Positions 19,332 to 28,046 of a stretch of DNA of 64,000 nt are shown here, in pieces. The stretch is taken from positions 28 to 64,027 of the forward strand of contig PMCS01000024.1 of assembly GCA_003154195.1 (NCBI GenBank), read 5' to 3'. This DNA comes from Candidatus Omnitrophota bacterium. GTDB taxonomy: Bacteria > Omnitrophota > Gorgyraeia > Duberdicusellales > 4484-171. The notes under the pieces were generated by a model. It made no database searches, had not been told where the DNA came from, and saw nothing but the letters and a program-made list of their open reading frames with translations. Within the stretch, counting starts at the first letter, position 1; every line of letters begins with the position of its first letter. Both the position numbers and the translations under genes were made by a program.

Positions 19332-19416
19332 TTTAGCCACTGATGCGCACGGATCGAACACGGATATTTTTTGTTTCATTGAAATCCGTGTTTATCCTTG
19401 ATAATCCGTGGCTAAA
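19332..19416. repeat. periodic-arm inverted repeat, tttagccac family (~10-nt units)
   Basis: tttagccactgat..cacggat..cacggat ... atccgtg..atccgtggctaaa; same family at 27884-28034. Confidence 0.8.
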
Positions 19417-19437
19417 TAAAACCAATGGCGTCGTTTG

Positions 19438-20304
19438 CTATTTAATATACTTTCCGATGATTATTTTCAACTTCTTTTTTGTTTCCACCGGGATGATTTT
19501 GCGATCGGTGATAATTGCGTACTTCAGCGCTTCATGACAGCTGCAAATTTTATCTTTTTCGATTAAAGGGATCGTTTCCTTGATGATTTGCTTGGCGTTG
19601 GCCACGTTTTTATTGAGATTGGCGATAATCATCTCCACGGTCACGGTTTCGTGGGACTGGTGCCAGCAGTCGTAGTCGGTAACCGCGGCAATGGTAACGT
19701 AGCATATCTCCGCTTCTCTCGCCAACCGCGCCTCGCTCATATTGGTCATGCCGATGATATCCATCCCCCAGGAACGGTAAAGCTTTGATTCGGCCAGGGT
19801 AGAAAATTGCGGCCCTTCCATATTGACGTAAGTCCCGCCGAAATGCATGCGAGCCCCGGTCTTTTGCCCTGCCGCGTAAACTTTTTTCATCAAGCAACCG
19901 CAGGTCGGTTGGGCAAAGCCGATATGCGCCACAATACCTTCCTCAAAAAATGTCTGTTTCCTGCCCTGGTTGGTGCGGTCTAAAAATTGGTCAGGCAGGA
20001 CAAAATCCATCGGAGCTAAATCTTCTTTCAACGAGCCGCAGGCCGATACCGAAATTATATGGGTAACGCCTAATTTTTTCATCCCGTAGATGTTGGCGCG
20101 ATAGTTTATTTGCGACGGGTTAATCCGATGGCCTACACCGTGGCGCGGTAAAAATACGACATCACTACCGGCGAGCTTGCCGGTGATATATTTATCGGAT
20201 GGTTTGCCGAAGGGAGTTGTCAGGGTTATTTTTTTTACTTTAGTTATCCCTTCGATATTATATAACCCGCTCCCGCCAATGATCCCTATTTTTGTTTTAT
20301 TCAT
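19438..20304 (-). CDS. mtnP: S-methyl-5'-thioadenosine phosphorylase
   Basis: IGIIGGSG, RHG..H, EGPQFST.AES, IGMT, VTDYDCW. Confidence 0.93.
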   Translation of the reverse strand: MNKTKIGIIGGSGLYNIEGITKVKKITLTTPFGKPSDKYITGKLAGSDVVFLPRHGVGHRINPSQINYRANIYGMKKLGVTHIISVSACGSLKEDLAPMDFVLPDQFLDRTNQGRKQTFFEEGIVAHIGFAQPTCGCLMKKVYAAGQKTGARMHFGGTYVNMEGPQFSTLAESKLYRSWGMDIIGMTNMSEARLAREAEICYVTIAAVTDYDCWHQSHETVTVEMIIANLNKNVANAKQIIKETIPLIEKDKICSCHEALKYAIITDRKIIPVETKKKLKIIIGKYIK

Positions 20305-20322
20305 ACTTAGCTCCTGGGTAAT

Positions 20323-20475
20323 GGTAAGGGTAACGATGCCCGTATAGGCTAAAGACTTGGTCAGGGTAAAGGTAAGGATGCCAGTATAGGTTAGGGTTAA
20401 GGTAAAGGTTTTAAGATTAGTATCAGCCCTAACCCTTGCCGTAACCCAAACTGGCTTCGTTACCCTAGCCCTAGC
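20323..20475. repeat. 153-bp hexamer-period palindromic element, copy 1
   Basis: ggtaag/ggttag units versus cctaac/cctagc units; about 7 mismatches to the reverse complement of 33446-33598. Confidence 0.9.
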
Positions 20476-20490
20476 CTTAACCGATTTTTA

Positions 20491-21285
20491 CTAAGAATAT
20501 ATTTTAGCTATCTCGTCGCCGCGTTTGCGCGCTGCGTCGATTGCCGCGGCGATTATTTTATCCAAATGTTTCGCTTTGAACACTTTGCGGCCGGCTTCGG
20601 TCATCCCTTTTCTGGAGGTCACCTCATCGGCTAAAACGCCAAAATCTTTGCCGCTGATCACGGAAAGTTTCGCCGCGCCAAGAAACACTTGGTTTATCAT
20701 TGCCTTAGCGGTTTCCCGATCAAAGCCCGCCTTCACGGCGCCCTGGTAGATACTGTTCATGATATGGTAAACAAAACCCGGACCACATCCGGCGATTGCC
20801 GTAGCCTTGTTAATCGAGCGCTCATCGATTAATGCGGTTTTTCCTACAGTATTAAATATTTCCCGCGCCAGGCCGATGTCGTTGGCTGAGGCTAACCTGC
20901 CCTTACAGATAAACGATATAGATTCGCCGACACGCGCGGCAAGGTTCGGCATTACCCGTATCACTTTAACCCCGGTTAAATGTTTCTCAAAAAATTTTAT
21001 GTTTAACCCGGCGGCGATGGTGATGAACAAGGGTTTTTTGGCGATAAAAGCATTCTTATGGGTTTCGATAAAAGTCTTAATGTCTTGCGGCTTGATCGCT
21101 AATATCGTAACGTCGCTGTTTTTAATGAGTTCAGCGGGATTTTTTACCTGGTAGAGGTTTCTTTGCGTTTCGGTTTTCGGCGCGATATCGTAGAAACAAA
21201 CTTTACCCTTGTTTAATGCGGCCAGAGCCGTACCAATCGCTTTACCCATATTACCGAACCCGATAATTCCTATATTCTCAATCAT
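20491..21285 (-). CDS. proC: pyrroline-5-carboxylate reductase
   Basis: IGFGNMG, LAIKPQ, RVMPN, GCGPGF, VTS..G.T. Confidence 0.9.
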   Translation of the reverse strand: MIENIGIIGFGNMGKAIGTALAALNKGKVCFYDIAPKTETQRNLYQVKNPAELIKNSDVTILAIKPQDIKTFIETHKNAFIAKKPLFITIAAGLNIKFFEKHLTGVKVIRVMPNLAARVGESISFICKGRLASANDIGLAREIFNTVGKTALIDERSINKATAIAGCGPGFVYHIMNSIYQGAVKAGFDRETAKAMINQVFLGAAKLSVISGKDFGVLADEVTSRKGMTEAGRKVFKAKHLDKIIAAAIDAARKRGDEIAKIYS

Positions 21286-21295
21286 ATTTAAGGTG

Positions 21296-21410
21296 GTGAA
21301 GCCTTATAGTTTTCTGTAATAGTTGGGGCTTCACCCTGAGACAGAAATCATTCATCCACCGCATCACCTTTTGACTACGCGCAGCGCAGGCGTGAATTTC
21401 TGTCGAATGG
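21296..21410 (-). mobile_element. degenerate copy of the IS200/IS605-like miniature element
   Basis: TTAC-CCATTCGACAGAAAT...GGATGAATGATTTCTGTCTCAGGGTGAAGC...GCTTCAC aligns with 30119-30245. Confidence 0.65.
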
Positions 21411-21411
21411 G

Positions 21412-21448
21412 TAAGATAGCATAAAATATTCGGGGTGTCAAGAATTAG
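21412..21448 (-). promoter_or_regulatory. sigma70 promoter upstream of proC; imperfect direct repeat of 26025-26060
   Basis: TTGACA-17 nt-TATCTT with extended TG. Confidence 0.65.
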
Positions 21449-21463
21449 CGGGAAAAGAGGGTT

Positions 21464-23251
21464 TTAGGAAGGTTTTATCGTTACCGGGCCGCCTACGGCT
21501 TGCAGCTTCATGGCTTTATTGATTCTCAATGGTTTGTTTTCTCCGGCGCCGTAGACACCGGTTTTTATCGCTACCGTGCCGTAGCTGTTGACTTGGGTTA
21601 CTCCCTGGCTGACCTTGGATAAGGGGTGCTCAGGGGAACCGTCAGCGGTTCCGGAATTGGCTTTATCTACGAATATTTTATTATAGTTTACTCCTGACGA
21701 ATATACTGTTCCTTGATAAGAAAGGAATTCGCTTTTTGTCACTACGATATCATAATCGTCGGATTGAGTTATGATAAGGGAAAATACAGCGTTGCCGGAC
21801 GCGTCGGTAGTAGCCCGCCAGTAATCGCTTGGTGCGTTAACGGTAGAAATGGTAACCATCGCTTCTTCGATGGGGTTATTTTGTTCATCGGTGACGCTAA
21901 TGGTGATGTTTTCATTGGTGTTTATCTTTAAGGAATCAGGCTGCGAGACTTTCAGGTTTTTGGGTACCCCGGTCCAGAATCGGGTAGCGGGATCGCCGAA
22001 CCAGTGCCACTCTTCGAAAGTTATGTTTCCGCCATTCCACAGGCGCGATTTTCCATATAATTTTGCGTAGTTTAGCGCATCTCCCATCCCCCGCGGTGTT
22101 TCAGGGCGGGGATATAACGTATATTCCGAATATTCCGGCCAGAGGTAGTTCATCAAACCCCAGGTTAGAAAGCCGCAGTCAAAAGTTACCGCTACGCGTG
22201 AAGAGGCTACAATGCCGATTGCCCCGCCGTGGGGATTCCTTTCCAGGGCTTCACTAAAACAAGTATCGGCCGGGGTACCGGGGGGATCCATTCCATTGGG
22301 AGTATGAATTAAATCGAAAGCGCCGGTTAAACAAGTCATGCTCCATATCATCGGAAGTTTGTTCCCGTTGGTTAAATTGACGACATCGCTGGTGGAATAA
22401 GGTAGCGAAATAAGCCCCATGGTGCTGCCATGGCCGCTAACGTAGGTCAGCAGGGAACAGCCGGAGTTTATCGCCGATTGGATATCCGTGTTCTTACCGT
22501 CCCAGGCAAATTGGGGTTTTTTAAGGAAGTCCGGGATAGTACCGTTCATACTTCCTGCGGGGCCGGTGTCATTACCCATGTAAATTGGAAAAATGGTTTT
22601 CCATGTCTGGGGTGTAAGAGCTGGGTCGCAGTAATAAATACGCTTAAGGGAATAATTTTTCCGATTTTGCAAAAAGATTGCCACTTCTTCGCTGGTAAGG
22701 GCGCGCAAGTCGTCGAGATTGTCATGATCTTCATCCAGATAGGTCGAAACACAAGCGGCAGTAGTATAGAATGAATCGTCGTTTATTTTTTTAGTTTCAT
22801 AATCAATGATATCATTGACTCTTTTTACGGCCTGTTCGGGGGTGACAATGGAAATCCTGCCGTAAGCCAGGTCAGGGAAATAATCTTGACCGTCGAGGGT
22901 TGCGTAATAGAGATCGGTGGCTACTTGATCAGCCATATAATTAGTGGGGACAAACTGGGTGTCCCCGATGATTAAAAGATAGGCTGGTGCTGGATCCCAG
23001 GTATCATAGGCGTTTTGAACGTAGGCTTTTATCGCATCAGTGGTAGTACCGGTTTCTTCGGTGGTAGCGACTTTACTGATAAGACCGGTTTTTTTTCTCC
23101 AAGCGGCCAGAGTATCCGCTGCGGGCTTAAACTGTTTGTCGCAGACAATCAGATAGTCCGCGCCTTGCGCCAGCACACTGGGCGTAAATAAAGCGGAAAA
23201 TAAAATTATAAGCGGTAAAAATAAAATATTTTTTGGGAACGCTATCTTCAT
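21464..23251 (-). CDS. peptidase C25 (gingipain-like) cysteine protease, exported, lacking a propeptide
   Basis: Signal peptide, YLLIIGD..FVP, TDLYYATLDG.DYFPD..GRI, SGHG (His), MTCLTG (Cys), FGDP. Confidence 0.88.
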   Translation of the reverse strand: MKIAFPKNILFLPLIILFSALFTPSVLAQGADYLIVCDKQFKPAADTLAAWRKKTGLISKVATTEETGTTTDAIKAYVQNAYDTWDPAPAYLLIIGDTQFVPTNYMADQVATDLYYATLDGQDYFPDLAYGRISIVTPEQAVKRVNDIIDYETKKINDDSFYTTAACVSTYLDEDHDNLDDLRALTSEEVAIFLQNRKNYSLKRIYYCDPALTPQTWKTIFPIYMGNDTGPAGSMNGTIPDFLKKPQFAWDGKNTDIQSAINSGCSLLTYVSGHGSTMGLISLPYSTSDVVNLTNGNKLPMIWSMTCLTGAFDLIHTPNGMDPPGTPADTCFSEALERNPHGGAIGIVASSRVAVTFDCGFLTWGLMNYLWPEYSEYTLYPRPETPRGMGDALNYAKLYGKSRLWNGGNITFEEWHWFGDPATRFWTGVPKNLKVSQPDSLKINTNENITISVTDEQNNPIEEAMVTISTVNAPSDYWRATTDASGNAVFSLIITQSDDYDIVVTKSEFLSYQGTVYSSGVNYNKIFVDKANSGTADGSPEHPLSKVSQGVTQVNSYGTVAIKTGVYGAGENKPLRINKAMKLQAVGGPVTIKPS

Positions 23252-24027
23252 CCTCCGGTTTCTCCTTGTTTTTCCCGGTCTTTAAGGATAACTTCACCGT
23301 TAATCGCCATGCGGCGCATGGTTTCGTCGGTTTGTTTATTTTTTAATCGCCGTGGTATGCCTTGATGCTTGCCTGAAAAAGACACTCTTACCGTAAGGTC
23401 GGGATAGACCGACAATATCCGCTGTTTGGGATTGTAACGATAAGGGAAAAGCCAGACAAATGTGCATTCCTGCCCGCGGATTTTAGCCGGCGGATCAACT
23501 ACGACAAAGCTATCCGGATAGTCGGCGTCCCGGGAATAGGTTTCCGCGTGTTTAACGAATTTTTGTTTCGATTCTTTGCCGTCGGCCAACGGCGGTGGCT
23601 GGAGGGGCGAGATATCGATGTTATCGTAGGCCAAGGGCTTCCCCGGATCGATCTCTAATTTTATTTTTGTGCCGTTGGGAATGAGGATGAAATTACCGAA
23701 TACCGGTAAATTCGGTTTGCTTATTTCCAGCATCCCGGAGTCCGGAGCGGTGATGGTCGTATAAATTAGGCCATCGTCCATGATTTGGTTTTCTAAATAC
23801 ATTCCCGGAAGAGACACTCTAAGGGTAATCCCGTCGGCGGAAGAATCAAGGATAGTCGCGCCTTTGCCTTCAGGTTTATCTTTATTGCTGTTATCGGCCG
23901 ATTCATCCAAGGGCCTTAATTGTACCCAACGACGGTTATTTTCGGCATGGGCCGAAGAAATCAATAAGATCGTTGAGGCAATACCAACGACAGCAATCAG
24001 GGTTGTTTTTAAGTTCATGTTTTTCAT
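23248..24027 (-). CDS. stand-alone C25 propeptide-like domain protein, exported
   Basis: Signal peptide; P.LP....LIP, Y..DA.YP, IRGQ.....FPY.YNP....L.VY pattern of gingipain prodomains. Confidence 0.75.
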   Translation of the reverse strand: MKNMNLKTTLIAVVGIASTILLISSAHAENNRRWVQLRPLDESADNSNKDKPEGKGATILDSSADGITLRVSLPGMYLENQIMDDGLIYTTITAPDSGMLEISKPNLPVFGNFILIPNGTKIKLEIDPGKPLAYDNIDISPLQPPPLADGKESKQKFVKHAETYSRDADYPDSFVVVDPPAKIRGQECTFVWLFPYRYNPKQRILSVYPDLTVRVSFSGKHQGIPRRLKNKQTDETMRRMAINGEVILKDREKQGETGG

Positions 24028-24039
24028 TAAACCGCCGGC

Positions 24040-25881
24040 TTATTGCAGGGTTACCAGTATTTTAACCAGCCCCTTGCCTTTGGCTAAACCGGTTAGCGCT
24101 TTGCCCAATATCGCCCCCCGGGCTTTGTTGTGGTTGGTGACTTTACGGGCGTGACCAGCCGTATTGGATGTAGTCAATAAATCACCCGGCTCGATCGCTC
24201 CGTAATCGGCATCGGCGTAGCAAAATACTCTTCCCACCAGGGCCACGGGTTCTCCGGCGTCACCCCTGTCTTTCTGGGACATTTGCAGTCCGGGTTTGAT
24301 TCCGCCCGCGCCGCTTAAAACGCCGGCAACAGTTTTATCGTATTCCTTAGCGCAAAGTTTTAGATTTTCGCTGTTTGCCGGGTCTATACAGACAACCATG
24401 CCGGGCTCAGCCTTGGGGCCTTCGATTTTGAATGGCTCGGCAACATCCGCTCCGCCGGTAATAGTGATTACCGAAGTTTTAGTCTCGCCGCTGACCTCCA
24501 GGGCGACAGAAGGCTGGCTTGTGCCGATTCCTACTTTGCCGCTGGCGATATAAACATTTGAGCCGGATTGCTTCCATGCTCCCCCGGCAGTGGTTTGTAT
24601 CGAGCCGTCGGGAAATTTAATTCCTCCATTTCCAACATCATTTGATATTATGATTTGCCCTCTCATCGTAAGCGGAGCGCTGATCGTGACACCGGCGTAG
24701 GTAAAGACTGTGCCGGTTGGTTTATCGACCGCCCAACCACATAAGATACTGGGATCGCCGGTAGTAAGTACTGAACCATCGGGGAATTTTACCCCTCCGT
24801 TGGTGGTTTCAATAACGCCGTTAACGGTGAGCTTAGAAGAAGGGTTGACTGTCCCGATCCCGACATTGCCGCCGGCCTGGATAGCAAGGACATCACTCCC
24901 CGCAGCGGTTTTAAATCTTAAATCATTGCCGCTTAAATATTCATACCACTTCAGCGCGTTGGCGGCATTGGCAAAAGCGAGGTTATTGGCATCCGCCCTA
25001 AGCTTCAGACTACCGACAACGTCCAGCCTTGTATCCGGGGTTGTCGTTCCGATACCGATATTTCCGCCTTTTTTTAATATTAGCCCTTGTCCTGAGATGC
25101 CGGAATCGCCGTAATGATATAAACCAAGAATAGAATTGCCACCGGTAAAGTATTGGTAGAAGATCCCCCCGGTTTCATTAACGGCTTCAGCTCTCCCAAG
25201 GTCTATTGTCAAATAATTCGCGTTCGCCAATGAAGGCTTGAAAAGTCTGATCATCCCCGCTGAACTATCTGCTCCCGGTTGCGAAACTTCCAGCGCACCC
25301 CCCGGCGTCGCCGTACCAATACCGACGTTACCGCCGCGGTAAGAAATATTACCCGAAGAGATGGCCCAGGGATTATTGTTGCTCGCCGCCGTAGCCTGGG
25401 TTGTGCCGTCGGGGAATTTAATCCCGCCGTTGGTAGTTTCGATTATGCCCGCTACGGTAAGTTTCGAAGTCGGGGCTGTTGTCCCGATACCGACATTACC
25501 GGAGAAATCCGCGTTGCCGCCAACGGATAATTTGTTCGTCGGAGCGGTTTCCCCAATCCCGACATTGCCGCTCGACTTTAGAGTGATTGCGTAAATATTT
25601 GACGGAGATAAAAACAGCAAGTCATTATTGCTGAAATACTCCCGCCACATTATATTGTTGGCGGCATTAGCAAAAATAATTCCTTGCGAATCGGAGCGTA
25701 GTTTAATACCGCCGGCAATATCCAGCTTTGCCTCCGGAGTGGTTGTTCCTATGCCGACATTGCCGCCGGTATAATAAATCTTACCGGTTTGTTCCAGCCA
25801 TCCGGCCCAGGCATAGGTGCTGATCGTTGTGGAGAAAGCCGCCGTTATTGCCAATCGTGTCAGCCAAATATTTTTTTTCAT
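24040..25881 (-). CDS. exported fibre/adhesin-like protein with GNVGIGT repeats and C-terminal chaperone-like domain
   Basis: Signal peptide, 7 G(N/K)(V/I)GIG repeats, 3 GG(I/V)KFPDG repeats, C-terminal GADVAEPF...PVALVGRV...PGDLLTTS. Confidence 0.75.
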   Translation of the reverse strand: MKKNIWLTRLAITAAFSTTISTYAWAGWLEQTGKIYYTGGNVGIGTTTPEAKLDIAGGIKLRSDSQGIIFANAANNIMWREYFSNNDLLFLSPSNIYAITLKSSGNVGIGETAPTNKLSVGGNADFSGNVGIGTTAPTSKLTVAGIIETTNGGIKFPDGTTQATAASNNNPWAISSGNISYRGGNVGIGTATPGGALEVSQPGADSSAGMIRLFKPSLANANYLTIDLGRAEAVNETGGIFYQYFTGGNSILGLYHYGDSGISGQGLILKKGGNIGIGTTTPDTRLDVVGSLKLRADANNLAFANAANALKWYEYLSGNDLRFKTAAGSDVLAIQAGGNVGIGTVNPSSKLTVNGVIETTNGGVKFPDGSVLTTGDPSILCGWAVDKPTGTVFTYAGVTISAPLTMRGQIIISNDVGNGGIKFPDGSIQTTAGGAWKQSGSNVYIASGKVGIGTSQPSVALEVSGETKTSVITITGGADVAEPFKIEGPKAEPGMVVCIDPANSENLKLCAKEYDKTVAGVLSGAGGIKPGLQMSQKDRGDAGEPVALVGRVFCYADADYGAIEPGDLLTTSNTAGHARKVTNHNKARGAILGKALTGLAKGKGLVKILVTLQ

Positions 25882-26090
25882 AGCCCCTCCTTGTGCGGTT
25901 TAACCGGAAAACTTTTTATAGTGTTCGAGTATTAATATATAACATGCCAAGTTGTTGGGAACAAGGGGTAGGCATTAGGTAACTGAAAACGATTACAGCT
26001 GCCGGTCAATAAATTCCTTGCTCATAAGATAGTATGAAATATTTGGGGTTCAAGAATTAGGAGGGTTGATGGAGTATACGAAAAACCAGG

Positions 26091-26591
26091 TCAGTATAGT
26101 TTTTTGCCCGGCAACTTATTCCAGTCACTGAACAACTGGTTACATTCACCAAGCAATAATCCGGGGACGATTTTTATCTTTATTTTTGCCAGCACCTTTA
26201 AACGGACATTACTGATCTTCATCTCATTAAAACCGATTTTACCGGCATCGGCAATACCGGTTCCATAAACAATAGTTCCTATCCTCGCCCAGTGGATTGC
26301 GCTAAAGCACATCGGACAAGGCTCGGTAGTAGAATAGATTATCGAACCGGAAAGGTCGAAGGTTTTGTTTTTGCGCGAAGCGATACGAATGGCATTTATC
26401 TCCGCGTGGCAGGTGGCGTCGTTTTTTAATACTGTATTGCGCGCCAGGGCAATGATTTTTCCGTCCTTGACAACGCAGGCGCCAAAAGGGCCGCCGTCCA
26501 TGCGCTTAAGGTTTTTCCTTGCTTCCTCAATCGCCCGGCGCATGTATTCGGGGTTTAATATATTCTTGCCGAGATTAGACTTGTATTTCAT
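26091..26591 (-). CDS. nucleoside/guanine deaminase (cytidine deaminase fold)
   Basis: GGPFGA, HAE, EPCPMC..AI.W. Confidence 0.88.
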   Translation of the reverse strand: MKYKSNLGKNILNPEYMRRAIEEARKNLKRMDGGPFGACVVKDGKIIALARNTVLKNDATCHAEINAIRIASRKNKTFDLSGSIIYSTTEPCPMCFSAIHWARIGTIVYGTGIADAGKIGFNEMKISNVRLKVLAKIKIKIVPGLLLGECNQLFSDWNKLPGKKLY

Positions 26592-26646
26592 GCAGTAACC
26601 ACGCTAAAAAATTATACTATAAAGATAAAAAAATAAAACCTAAACC

Positions 26647-26828
26647 TACCACTAAAGCACCAAAATAAAAACAAAACCAAAATATTTACCACCAAGGCAC
26701 CAAGAGCACCAAGAAGATTAGTAGTTGCATTCTTTTCTTTGTGCCCTTTGTGGTAAGTTTTAGGTTTTATTTATATTCTATAGTTTTGACCTATAGTTTT
26801 TACTTTATATTTTTGTGTTTTGGTGGTA
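26647..26828. repeat. nested periodic-arm inverted repeats (8-9-nt units)
   Basis: taccactaaagcacc..taccaccaaggcaccaag ... ctttgtgccctttgtggta..tttgtgttttggtggta. Confidence 0.75.
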
Positions 26829-26850
26829 AATTTTTAAGTTTTTTTTAGTC

Positions 26851-27837
26851 TTAATACTTCGGTTTATTTCGCCCTGATTTTTTGTAACCTTTGGCGAAAG
26901 GTTTTGGCGGCCGGGTGCTTGTTTTGTCCCAGGTTCTGGGTTTTCCTTTGCCTCTTTGGCCAAAGCCTTGTTTTTCCGCCGGTTTTTCCCAGGGACGGGT
27001 TTTGTGGCCGGCTTTTTTCCATGGCCTTGTCTCCTCCCGGTCTTTTACCCATGGCCGGGAACCATCACCGCTCTTTTTCCATAGCGCGGGGTCAGCGTCG
27101 AATTTTTTTCGCGGCCTTATTCCTTGCTCATCTTTTTCCCAAGGCTTAAAGCCGCCGCCGCTTTTCTTTCGCGGTTCAGCCGGAGCAAATTTTTTCCAGG
27201 GTTCGGTTGATTCCTCTTTTTTCCTCCATGGCTTGAAACCGCCGCCGGTTTTTTTCCACGGCGTGGACGCAGCCGTAAATTTTTTCCAAGGCTGAGATTT
27301 CCCTTTATCTTTACCCCAGGAATCGCGCTGCCCATCTTTTTTATGCCCTTGTTTGGGGCGGCCAGAGCTTTTATGGACAGGCGCGTTAGCGCTACCGCCG
27401 GCGCCTGAGGGGCCGCGGCCGTTCCAGGAATTACGCCGTCGCCGGCTGGTGTCCCATTGTTCATCCTTTTTCACCAAAGCCGAATCGCGGGAAAATTTTA
27501 TCCGGCGCGGCTCCGGCGCGGGACGGGAAATATTTTCAATCGGTGCGCTCCACGACAAAAACGCGTCTTTTTTTACGCTCGCGCGAGGTGCTTTAGGCTT
27601 AGACTGCGCTTTAGCCACATTAAGCGGCCGGTCAATAAATTCTTTGCCGTTTAGCGATGCGATTGCGGCGAGAGCCTGCTGATTATCAGGCATGGTAACA
27701 AAGCCAAAACCGCGCGATTTATCCGTATTCTTTTCCGTAACGATTACGGCGGAAGAAACGTCGCCAAAGTTTTCGAAAAGTTGCTTAAGGTCGTCCTTAG
27801 CCGCGCTGAATGATAAATTACCTACAAAAATTTCCAT
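26851..27837 (-). CDS. RRM RNA-binding protein with long basic PWKK-repeat tail
   Basis: RNP2 IFVGNL, RNP1 RGFGFV; about 11 P(W/R)xK repeats with 10-aa period. Confidence 0.88.
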   Translation of the reverse strand: MEIFVGNLSFSAAKDDLKQLFENFGDVSSAVIVTEKNTDKSRGFGFVTMPDNQQALAAIASLNGKEFIDRPLNVAKAQSKPKAPRASVKKDAFLSWSAPIENISRPAPEPRRIKFSRDSALVKKDEQWDTSRRRRNSWNGRGPSGAGGSANAPVHKSSGRPKQGHKKDGQRDSWGKDKGKSQPWKKFTAASTPWKKTGGGFKPWRKKEESTEPWKKFAPAEPRKKSGGGFKPWEKDEQGIRPRKKFDADPALWKKSGDGSRPWVKDREETRPWKKAGHKTRPWEKPAEKQGFGQRGKGKPRTWDKTSTRPPKPFAKGYKKSGRNKPKY

Positions 27838-27883
27838 ATATCTCCTTTAGGCTGGTTGGAATAATTCTACCATAGAAACTTAT

Positions 27884-28034
27884 TTTAGCCACGGATTAAC
27901 ACTGATTTTCACGGATAAATGATGTATTCGTTAAGTTTTTGATAAAAATTCAATAACCAATAATGGTAATTTTTTAAATTTTATAATATTGTTTATCCAA
28001 ATCCGTGTTCCATCTGTGAAAATCAGTGGCTAAA
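27884..28034. repeat. periodic-arm inverted repeat, tttagccac family (10-nt units)
   Basis: cacggattaa-cactgatttt-cacggataa ... atccgtgttcc-atctgtgaaa-atcagtggctaaa. Confidence 0.8.
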
Positions 28035-28046
28035 TAAACGCATTGG

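Noticed and set aside
20385-20440. Telomere-like TTAGGG/CCCTAA units
   Set aside because: Isolated degenerate hexamers within the period-6 element, not a telomeric tract.
24040-25881. Fibre gene as prophage or shufflon
   Set aside because: It has a Sec-type signal peptide, and no phage genes, invertase or inversion sites are nearby.
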